Of a DNA stretch of 64,000 nt, positions 1-7,572 are shown in pieces. Position 1 is the stretch's first letter, and every line of letters begins with the position of its first letter. Where the stretch lies: positions 160,001-224,000 of the forward strand of contig CAWBAT010000007.1 in the NCBI GenBank assembly GCA_963786955.1. Reading direction: 5' to 3'. The DNA is from an uncultured Acidimicrobiia bacterium. Its GTDB lineage: Bacteria > Acidobacteriota > Terriglobia > Versatilivoradales > Versatilivoraceae. The notes beneath the pieces were generated by a model. It was not told the origin of the DNA. It saw only the letters and a program-made list of their open reading frames with translations, and ran no database searches. The position numbers were made by a program, and so were the translations under genes.

Positions 1-7
1 AAACGTC

Positions 8-301
8 ATGGTAAACGTGGAGGGCTCCACTAGAGTAGAGGTTTTTGATCAAAGTTATCAAATCCGGGGCGTTGAGAACGATGAATATATTAAGAGTCTA
101 GCGGCCTACGTAGACAAAAAGATGCGTGTGATTGCGGATGTCTGTAAGACTGTTGATGGTCAAAAGGTTGCTGTCCTGGCGGCTTTGAATATTGCGGACG
201 AACTCTTCCAGGAGAAAGAGAACTCCCGTAAACTCGACACTCTCATTTACGACAAGAGCGCGCAATGTTCTCGCATGCTCGACCAGGTCCTGCGCCGTTA
301 G
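8..301 (+). CDS. zapA: Cell division protein ZapA
   Basis: 97 aa; VEVFDQSYQIRG...YIKSLAAYVDKKM...AVLAALNIADELF matches the ZapA pattern; upstream of 6S RNA and rny. Confidence 0.93.
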   Translation: MVNVEGSTRVEVFDQSYQIRGVENDEYIKSLAAYVDKKMRVIADVCKTVDGQKVAVLAALNIADELFQEKENSRKLDTLIYDKSAQCSRMLDQVLRR

Positions 302-359
302 AAAGCGAATGCGAGAACGGATGAAAACCCAGCAGACCTCTCCACGGGGCTCATTGGGT

Positions 360-530
360 TTGGAGGGCAGAACTCTGTGAGGCCGCGATGGTAGGGCGAA
401 GCATTCGCTGCATAGCAGAGACTGATTCATCAGCCGACAACGAATGCTTCGCCCTTACGGATGGCCTCTATTGGCGAGACCGACGCTATCATTGCGGCAT
501 CAGTTGGCGTCGCAGAGCTCCGCCCCCCAA
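360..530. repeat. Nested REP-like inverted repeats: outer pair 360-384/506-530, inner GTAGGGCGAAGCATTCG pair 391-407/441-458
   Basis: ttggagggcagaactctgtgaggcc vs ggcgtcgcagagctccgccccccaa (20/25 complementary); gtagggcgaagcattcg vs cgaatgcttcgcccttac. Confidence 0.8.
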
Positions 531-578
531 GGCGTTCATTCAGCGTGCGTGGGGGCCCTCCCTGTCACCGAACTGGTT

Positions 579-1661
579 TTACATCCCGACGAGTGGCCTG
601 AGAATTTCAACCTCTTTCATTGTAGTAACCATGATATTCAGGAATAGTCCGCGCGCTTCGAGCGAATCCATCAGCAGACTGAGCTCTGCAGGGGTGAAGG
701 AACCCCGGATGAGTAGGGGACGCCTCGCCTTTTGAACCCTCTGAAAATAAGGAACCATCTTCTCGAGTGGCGGACCACAGACGTCGTTGTTGATTTCATA
801 GCACTGAATTTCCTGGATTTCCAGGAAGGCATCTAAAAGGAACATTGAAGTGGAGTGCAGATGAATGAAACTGTTCGCAAATTGACCGGCAAGCATGCGG
901 TCTACAGGTTGGACGAGTTTTCGATAGAGTTGCGGAGAGTAGACTGCCGTGGCATCTTCTTGTACTCGTATGATGGGTCCGGGCGACCAGAGCGAATATT
1001 GGGCATCAAAATATCCGCCATGGAATAATGGGACGCGTTTCCAAAGCTCTTGCGTGATTTCCACGAAAATGTTTCCCATCTGCCAGAGAATCTCAGCCGA
1101 TTTTTCGGGTTCTTCCTTGAGATCCAGGATGCTTTGGTTATGCCCCCGAAGCATGGCATGGAGGTCCGTGGGTCCGATCTCTGGGCTGTGACTTACCGGA
1201 AATCGCCCGTTGGATTCTGCGACCAGGAACTGGGCAAATTCGAGGTACTTCGCAAACCAAGGGTTTCCATGGTCCAAACGCACTCTTAAGGCTTTATCCC
1301 AGGAAAGCAGTTGTTCTTCACCCATGACATTTTCGGGCAGGACGCGTAATGGGCAGCCGAGCATGGCGGGAAGAAATGGCACAGCTACTTGCATTGGGCA
1401 TGCCCCTCGAATCAGATCGTCACTCACGCGCTCTCCCTCCTGCATCAAGCGCGTATAATCCTCCATGAAAGCTCGAGGATCAATCATATCGGGGGTCAGG
1501 TATTTGACAGAGTCCCAGGACCGGCAAGCCTCAAACTCATTCAAAGGAAACCATCCGATGAAAGTAAAACCGACCAGTGGCCGGCGCACATCGTCGCGAT
1601 TCCAAAACTGACGATATTTTTGAATTTTTTCTTGATCATTCCCGAAGGCAGTTTTAGACAT
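579..1661 (-). CDS. UroD/MtaA-CmuA-like TIM-barrel protein of unknown function
   Basis: GPTDLHAMLRG, QEDATAVYSP, FIHLHS motifs typical of the UroD/MetE-like superfamily; start set at ATG 1661 after GGAG. Confidence 0.6.
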   Translation of the reverse strand: MSKTAFGNDQEKIQKYRQFWNRDDVRRPLVGFTFIGWFPLNEFEACRSWDSVKYLTPDMIDPRAFMEDYTRLMQEGERVSDDLIRGACPMQVAVPFLPAMLGCPLRVLPENVMGEEQLLSWDKALRVRLDHGNPWFAKYLEFAQFLVAESNGRFPVSHSPEIGPTDLHAMLRGHNQSILDLKEEPEKSAEILWQMGNIFVEITQELWKRVPLFHGGYFDAQYSLWSPGPIIRVQEDATAVYSPQLYRKLVQPVDRMLAGQFANSFIHLHSTSMFLLDAFLEIQEIQCYEINNDVCGPPLEKMVPYFQRVQKARRPLLIRGSFTPAELSLLMDSLEARGLFLNIMVTTMKEVEILRPLVGM

Positions 1662-1791
1662 GGAGTCTCCGTTGAGCAAGAGTTATTTCGTTCAGACGCG
1701 GAGGATGATCCTGCAGCTGGGGCGCCTAAACAAGGAAAAGATCTAAGGGCTCCTTTGATCCGTTCAAGAGTGACTTGCGAAAGGGCATGAA

Positions 1792-2490
1792 TCAGTCCGC
1801 AGCTTTGCGAAGCAGACAGAGGACTTCGTCTCCTCCGAAACTGGTTTTCCCGACCGTCATCCCTAGAAATTCAAACCCTTGCTCACCGGCTTGATTCAGC
1901 TCCTTTTGCATGGTGGAAGTCTTGGTGGTGGCTAATAGTTTGAACCGGACAGGCTTGGCAGGCTGGTCTAAAGCCCGCTCCAGGATGATGGCCACTTCCC
2001 GGCCACCGAAAGCCGATTGGAAAACGGTCTGTCCCAGGTACTCGAAACCTTCTTCGCCCGCTTGTTGCAATTCCTTCTGCATAGTGCCAGTACGTTGAGC
2101 GGCCAGCAACTGATACTTCTTATGGACGCTATCTTTGGCACCGATTCTTTTTCCCATCACGACAACGACTTCTTTCCCGCCTGTTCCGGTCTCACCTCCC
2201 ATGACCCCCATGAAGCCATAGCCGGCACTGCCAGCTTCGTTCATCTCCTTCTCCATGGTGGAAGTGCGACTCGTTGCCAAAACACGATAACCGTAATTCA
2301 TCGGGTCGGCTGCGAAACCTGTTGCTGATGTGAATACCAGAACCAGGAAAATTTGAGCGGCTATGAAGAACTGATGTGAGAATACCCTGGCAACCTTCAC
2401 GCCAGTGTGTGAATGGAGTGTTAAGGACATAGGGACTAACCGGCCACCAACATCTGCTCGGCTTGCTCTCATTTTTGCTTCCATTCGCAT
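1792..2490 (-). CDS. Exported protein with three tandem DUF4177-like repeats
   Basis: Three copies of [YF]xxLAxxxT[SG]TM[EQ]KE[ML]xxAGxxG[YF]x[FY] after a hydrophobic signal-like segment ending GFA-AD; start uncertain (2490 has an SD). Confidence 0.65.
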   Translation of the reverse strand: MRMEAKMRASRADVGGRLVPMSLTLHSHTGVKVARVFSHQFFIAAQIFLVLVFTSATGFAADPMNYGYRVLATSRTSTMEKEMNEAGSAGYGFMGVMGGETGTGGKEVVVVMGKRIGAKDSVHKKYQLLAAQRTGTMQKELQQAGEEGFEYLGQTVFQSAFGGREVAIILERALDQPAKPVRFKLLATTKTSTMQKELNQAGEQGFEFLGMTVGKTSFGGDEVLCLLRKAAD

Positions 2491-2507
2491 TGTCGCACCT
2501 CTTCCTT

Positions 2508-3023
2508 TCATCCTCGGGCCCGCAGGGTGTGTAACATTCTTGCCCATAGGTGGTATGAACCGCCGAGGGTTGCTGCAACGAGAGCAATGCCAAAGGACGT
2601 CTCGGATCCATTCACGAAATACCAGGAGCCGAAAATGGCAAGGGGTACGTAGAGCAAAACGCCGGTAACGAGACCGGGTGAATACCGTCCAGTCTGAATC
2701 GTGCCTACAAAATGAAAGATGGCGTTCGAGAATAGCAATGCCGCCAGTGCAATCCAACTAGCACCTGCGTAGTTGGAGGAAATGCCACTTCGGAGATGCT
2801 CGCCACCAATCACTGTGCCGGCTTTACCCAATCCAGTCAGTCCCACATTCATGCAGAAAGCGATGAGCAGGAGATTCACGATGACATGAAGTCGCGGAGT
2901 GATGCTCTGACGAATCTGAGGACGGTACGCTCGGTCCCAATCTGCAAATCCACCGGGCCAAAAGAACTCTTCAGTAATGTGCAAAGTAACTGCAAACAGC
3001 GGAGCCCACCAAAGCCATTTCAT
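2508..3023 (-). CDS. HXXEE-domain membrane protein
   Basis: LHITEEFFWPGGF motif, several TM segments, YSPGLVTG near the C-terminus. Confidence 0.85.
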   Translation of the reverse strand: MKWLWWAPLFAVTLHITEEFFWPGGFADWDRAYRPQIRQSITPRLHVIVNLLLIAFCMNVGLTGLGKAGTVIGGEHLRSGISSNYAGASWIALAALLFSNAIFHFVGTIQTGRYSPGLVTGVLLYVPLAIFGSWYFVNGSETSFGIALVAATLGGSYHLWARMLHTLRARG

Positions 3024-3113
3024 CTCCCTACCTCTTTATTGTTCCGATCAGTATGCAAAGAAAGCGTACCCAACTGCCGCATGCGAGTCAAGCCGGCAGA
3101 ATACACTGTGGAT

Positions 3114-3318
3114 ATGTCAATCAGCAGGAAACTCGGCGAAAACATCAAGAAAATACAAAGCCGAAAAGGAATGTCGCAAGGCAACATCTACCGAGGGCTT
3201 GATATGGATAGGGGTTAGGTTAGCGCCATCTAGAAAGGCAAGAAAAATATAACTATTCCGCAGTTTGAACGCTTGCCCCAAGTACTCGGCGTTTGGGTTG
3301 ATGAAGTTGCTAAAATAA
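3114..3318 (+). pseudogene. XRE/Cro-C1 HTH regulator pseudogene
   Basis: MSISRKLGENIKKIQSRKGMSQGNIYRGLDMDRG*VSAI*KGKKNITIPQFERLPQVLGVWVD, then a +1 frameshift before an ELLK* end; two in-frame TAGs. Confidence 0.8.
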
Positions 3319-3420
3319 AAAATACCATTAAGGCAATCGGACGCTAAATGTTGTTCCTTCCGCCGCCTTAGCACCTCTTCCTGATATTCGCGCGCTGATT
3401 TAGCTTGTAACAACGGTTTA

Positions 3421-4896
3421 TTACAACTCAACTTTTATCAGCGCCGGATATTTTGTGACCAAGGATTCTAATGAATTTCCAGTTTCGCCCTTTAGGTGTT
3501 GGTCAAAAAACGCCAACGATACGGCTTCTGTGATTTCAAGACATTTTGCTGGATCAGTTTTTCCGCTTATGCCAATTAGCTCGCGTAGCTTACGGACACC
3601 TATAAAAAGGCCGGCGTCTATGAATTTCATATGATCGCTGCCTTCAATCGTAAACAAATTTCCGGATGCCTTAAGAACCTCGGCAAGTCCTATGATGTTT
3701 TGTTGTGCTCTATTGTAAGTCTCATGATACGTCTGATCAGCAGGCATATCTTCGGGATTTCCCATAAGGTTCTTTCGGTTCTGGATCGCTTGGACATGGG
3801 ATTTATCGTTTGCCAGCATTAGAAAAGGCGCCATATCGTTCGAGCCCTCTTTAGGAGTGATGAAAACGATGCCGTCCAAATCAATAGCGGCCTTAACTCT
3901 GTCGTCATTGATTGCCAAGTTATATGCTACTGCGCCGCCGACGGAATGGCCTATGACACCTATTTTATCAAGATTCAACCTTCCTCTAAAAATGGTGTCC
4001 ATTTTGCCTTCATTCAGTTCGCCTAACTTTTCAATGACAAATTTAGAATCGTCGGCCATGATTTGAGTAATGATCTCTGCAGGCTCGGGCGTGTTGAAGT
4101 CTGTAGTAGCTTCTTTTGCCGAAACAATTCTGTCAGGAAAAACGGTTGCTACTGAGGCATAGGTATGGTCAATGGCCACGACAATATAGCCGTGGCTTGC
4201 CAAATCTTCACTTTGGGATGTTAGAATTTCCATCGTCATCCCTGCGCCGTGAGAAAACAGAATCACCGGGTAGCTTTGTTGACCGTCGGTCAGCTCTAGA
4301 TCATCTTTTGAATTCGTCTTTACGAGCTTGAGATGATCAAACATAAAGCTGGGCATACGATAGCCTTCCGAAAACAACCTTAGAAGGTTGGAAGAATTGT
4401 GAAAGTAGAGGGAAAGTGGTTTTGAGTCATCTTTCTTTGCGGGATAATAGACTTTAACCATCAGCTCTCGCTTTTGAGTTGATTTAGCTAAGAAAGGGTC
4501 GGTGCGGTTTTTATTCACAAGATCAAAGTATTTAATGCCGACCGCATAGGGGCCGGTCGGTTTAGGAAAGGTAAATACGGGGAGGACATAAGCTAAAAAG
4601 AAGGTAAGTGCAAGAAGTACAACGGATAGGCTTATTGCGATGACCTTAAGCGCTTTTGGAATTCTGACTTCGGGGAACTTGCCGCTTGCTTTTGCTAACG
4701 CATAAACCATAAGCAGAATGACAAAAACATAGGAGAAAGCCATCTGATAACGAAAGCCCTCGAAGATACCATGGATCACGAAAACGGATAGATTTGCGCC
4801 TGCAACCCCCAACCACACCGCCTTCGACTGCTTTTTAAAGCTCAAAATCAGAGCCAGCAAGTTCTCGAAAATTAATATAATTTCGAATGTCCTCAT
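3421..4896 (-). CDS. Membrane-anchored alpha/beta hydrolase (PAF-acetylhydrolase/dienelactone hydrolase-like)
   Basis: N-terminal TM helices, PTGPYAVG, VILFSHG, LASHGYIVVAIDH, GHSVGG nucleophile elbow, DLDG, GSDHMKF. Confidence 0.88.
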   Translation of the reverse strand: MRTFEIILIFENLLALILSFKKQSKAVWLGVAGANLSVFVIHGIFEGFRYQMAFSYVFVILLMVYALAKASGKFPEVRIPKALKVIAISLSVVLLALTFFLAYVLPVFTFPKPTGPYAVGIKYFDLVNKNRTDPFLAKSTQKRELMVKVYYPAKKDDSKPLSLYFHNSSNLLRLFSEGYRMPSFMFDHLKLVKTNSKDDLELTDGQQSYPVILFSHGAGMTMEILTSQSEDLASHGYIVVAIDHTYASVATVFPDRIVSAKEATTDFNTPEPAEIITQIMADDSKFVIEKLGELNEGKMDTIFRGRLNLDKIGVIGHSVGGAVAYNLAINDDRVKAAIDLDGIVFITPKEGSNDMAPFLMLANDKSHVQAIQNRKNLMGNPEDMPADQTYHETYNRAQQNIIGLAEVLKASGNLFTIEGSDHMKFIDAGLFIGVRKLRELIGISGKTDPAKCLEITEAVSLAFFDQHLKGETGNSLESLVTKYPALIKVEL

Positions 4897-4902
4897 GAGA
4901 TT

Positions 4903-5376
4903 CTAAATATTACATACTTTGCGCTTTGGAAAGACGCTCACTAATGCGCTCGCAAACACCCAACTAGTCATCCCGCCTAGCAGGCCGGGAAGTAAGAGTA
5001 AAATCGCAGTCAGAGCGATAAGGGCACCAATTCCGCTCACGTGGGGGTGCGGTAAAGCTAGAGAAATTTTAACAAGTAACGCACAGAATACAGCGTACAG
5101 CGGGACGAGGAGTATTGCCGAAACAACCAATTTAGAGACGGTAACCTTTAAGAAATTATTTCCTTCCGTCAACGAAGTTGCATGTTGTCTTAATATGTTT
5201 TGAATTTCATCGGTTATCGCCGAGATCCCAAAACGTATGCTCACGCTACCATCTGACTCTTCAACGTCCTTATAATTATCCATGAAGGTTTGCATCATTT
5301 GCGCGCCGAAGAATTCTCGGTAGCTGTGCGGATAAAACATTAATATCACGTTGTAAAGACGTATGGCATTTTTCAT
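4903..5376 (-). CDS. PadR-associated membrane protein with N-terminal YPxxYRxxFGxxM helical domain
   Basis: LYNVILMFYPHSYREFFGAQMMQTF followed by 2-3 TM helices; start overlaps the padR stop. Confidence 0.7.
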   Translation of the reverse strand: MKNAIRLYNVILMFYPHSYREFFGAQMMQTFMDNYKDVEESDGSVSIRFGISAITDEIQNILRQHATSLTEGNNFLKVTVSKLVVSAILLVPLYAVFCALLVKISLALPHPHVSGIGALIALTAILLLLPGLLGGMTSWVFASALVSVFPKRKVCNI

Positions 5377-5735
5377 ATATGTAAGTTTGCAGTTAGCAAG
5401 TTCGCAACTATCTTGTGATTTTTAATAACTTTTACTGTATCCATATATCTTTTCATTTCCGCTTGCAGCGCTTGTCGTCCTAGGTTTGTAAGTTTGTAAT
5501 ACTTACGCCTCGCATCATCATCCCCGGCTCTATCCCCAGCATACTCGACAAACCCATCCGAAAGCATACGTTTTAGAGAACCGTACAAAGTTCCATTTCC
5601 CATTTTTACTTTGCCTTGCGAATCCTGTCTTACCTCTTTCATGATTTCGTATCCATGCTTCTCGCATTTTGCTAAGGCAAGAAGGATGTGGAATACGGCC
5701 GGGGTAAGCGGCAGTGCATACTTTATGTCTGTCAT
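5373..5735 (-). CDS. PadR-family transcriptional regulator
   Basis: LTPAVFHILLAL, HGYEIMKEV, GTLYGSLKRM, RRKYYKLT; ATG at 5735 lies 6 nt after the -10 box. Confidence 0.93.
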   Translation of the reverse strand: MTDIKYALPLTPAVFHILLALAKCEKHGYEIMKEVRQDSQGKVKMGNGTLYGSLKRMLSDGFVEYAGDRAGDDDARRKYYKLTNLGRQALQAEMKRYMDTVKVIKNHKIVANLLTANLHI

Positions 5736-5741
5736 GGACCT

Positions 5742-5770
5742 ATGATATGTCTGTAGCGGACATATGTCAA
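5742..5770 (-). promoter_or_regulatory. Sigma70 promoter of padR (leaderless) with overlapping palindromic operator
   Basis: TTGACA (5770-5765), 17 nt spacer, TATCAT (5747-5742); inverted repeat ATATGTC-N7-GACATAT at 5745-5765. Confidence 0.8.
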
Positions 5771-5926
5771 GCACAAAAATGGCCATGTCAAGCTTCTTGC
5801 GCACGAACGATTGAAATAGTCCATTTAGCAACTCGCAAATTCAATGCCTTCCGCCTAATCCCTTCTGAATCCGACACAGATCTCCGCCTCAAAAGATCGC
5901 GCTGTTAGGAGGTTCTCAAAATCCGC

Positions 5927-5956
5927 TTGACCCCCTCACGGGAATGCTCTTACTAT
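5927..5956 (+). promoter_or_regulatory. Sigma70 promoter of 6S RNA
   Basis: TTGACC 5927-5932, 18 nt spacer, TACTAT 5951-5956, 6 nt before the RNA 5' stem. Confidence 0.7.
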
Positions 5957-5962
5957 TTGCAT

Positions 5963-6132
5963 GCCCTGCGATGTTTGTGTTGGCACACCAATATTTGAAC
6001 CAACACCTATTTGAATGGGAGCCCTTGTCTTCTTACGGTGTGCAAACTTCACCATGTGAAGTTTCCTAAAGTAGAAGTTGGGTGCCCACCTGGTAACAGG
6101 TCCAAATAGAGTGCCTCACGGCAAAGCGGGGC
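5963..6132 (+). ncRNA. ssrS: 6S RNA
   Basis: About 170 nt rod: GCCCTGC/GCGGGGC closing stem, GGCAC/GTGCC, TATTTGAACC/GGTCCAAATA, central bubble, GGGAGCCC/GGGTGCCC; followed by a T-run; lies between zapA and rny. Confidence 0.85.
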
Positions 6133-6279
6133 TTTTTTTCGGTAGCTGGTTTCCGCTTGCCTTGATTGAAGGCTTTCTTGCGACTTGTTTGGATGGTTGA
6201 GAAATGCAGCTGGCGCATTCAGTTTTCACACCTTACCCCCAAAGATATTCTCACCTGAATTAGGAGGGCTTATTTCCTT

Positions 6280-7071
6280 ATGATGGAACCCGGGTATCGC
6301 AGCCTCAATCACCCTCTCGAAATGAGTAACCTCCCGTTCTCTTCTCAACGGAAAAAACGAAAGCACTTTCCGCCGGGAAGGCTCCAAAAGAAGACTTTGA
6401 AGATTTTGATTTTCATGGTGACCGCTCTCCTCACACTGCAAACTGTCGGCCCGGTCTATTCCGCGGGGAAATGGGTCGTGCTCTTCGACGGGAAATCCAC
6501 CGATGCATGGCGCGGTTTTAAGATCAGTAGCTTTCCTTCGACAGGCTGGGTGGTCGAAGACAATGCATTGAAAACCGTTGTGGGAGTGGACCACGTGGAC
6601 CTCATCACTAAAGAAGAATATCAGGATTTTGAATTGGAATTAGAGTGGCGAGTTACGCCCCGAGGTAATGGAGGAGTGTTCTACCGCGGGATTGAAGAGG
6701 GAGCTGCAATTTGGGAAACTGCTCCGGAGTACCAGGTCGTCGATGACGATCGGCACCCTGATGGAAAGAATCCTAAGACATCGGCCGCTTCCCTTTACGC
6801 ATTGATTGCGCCTGCCGGCAAGAAGCTTCAACCCGTCGGTGAGTACAACAAGGTAAGGATCATCGCGAATGGCACTCACGTCGAGCATTGGCTCAATAAT
6901 GTAAAAGTTCTTGAGTATGTGTGGGGAAGCCAGGACTTGAAGGATTTGATCGCTCAAAGCAAGTTTAGCAAGATGCCTGGATTTGCCCAATACAAGAAGG
7001 GCCATATAGCCTTGCAGCACCATGGGCAAGAAGTGTGGTACCGAAACATTCGGATTCGAACCCTGCCGTAA
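6280..7071 (+). CDS. DUF1080 (3-keto-disaccharide hydrolase family) secreted protein
   Basis: WVVLFDGKS..W, DLITKEEYQDFELELEW, NGGVFY, EYQVVD, VEHWLN, GHIALQHHG..VWYRNIRIR; start uncertain. Confidence 0.9.
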   Translation: MMEPGYRSLNHPLEMSNLPFSSQRKKRKHFPPGRLQKKTLKILIFMVTALLTLQTVGPVYSAGKWVVLFDGKSTDAWRGFKISSFPSTGWVVEDNALKTVVGVDHVDLITKEEYQDFELELEWRVTPRGNGGVFYRGIEEGAAIWETAPEYQVVDDDRHPDGKNPKTSAASLYALIAPAGKKLQPVGEYNKVRIIANGTHVEHWLNNVKVLEYVWGSQDLKDLIAQSKFSKMPGFAQYKKGHIALQHHGQEVWYRNIRIRTLP

Positions 7072-7370
7072 CCGCCTCGTCCCGCGGGGTGATTCTAATT
7101 CAGTAAGAATTGGCAATTTCCAAAACCAGAAGGATTGATTCCTCTTTTCTCACCCTGCTCCCAACCCTGACAGTTCCCGATCCTCTTTCTTAACTCGAAT
7201 TCTTAATTGCCTACCGCCGCAGGAGGTCATTCGAATTGAAAGCGCTCATTGCGAGAAGAACCCGTCCCGGCGGTTTGTCATCGACCTGTCTATAAGAACC
7301 TGTCGGGGCTCAACTTGTTTCCCAACCTTTTATCTGAGGACAAGAATTCAACTCGCCTCAATACGAAATA

Positions 7371-7400
7371 TTGTACTTCCAGTGAATCATGGAATATAAT
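7371..7400 (+). promoter_or_regulatory. Putative sigma70 promoter of rny-ymdB-ffh; IHF-like site at 7417-7429
   Basis: TTGTAC, 18 nt spacer, TATAAT; the reverse strand AATCAGCTACTTA fits WATCARNNNNTTR. Confidence 0.5.
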
Positions 7401-7572
7401 CTCAGTTGGAAGTTTGTAAGTAGCTGATTCTTAAGACATAGCGACTTTTGTATTCACCGGGATCCTATGCTGAGAATGTTTCTTTTCTTAATGTTGTTCA
7501 ACTCAATGCTTTTAATTTGGACATGTGCCCGAAGGGGTAGCTCCTTTGGGTTTTTGAGATTTAGGAGAAACC

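Noticed and set aside
3216-3233. Amber recoding of the two in-frame TAGs in the XRE gene
   Set aside because: They align to different consensus residues (Y and E), a frameshift is also present, and TAG is a normal stop elsewhere (zapA, leuC).
292-5908. Integron cassette array (HXXEE gene, GTTAG motifs)
   Set aside because: GTTAGAA and GTTAGGA do not fit GTTRRRY, no paired attC hairpins were found, and there is no intI.
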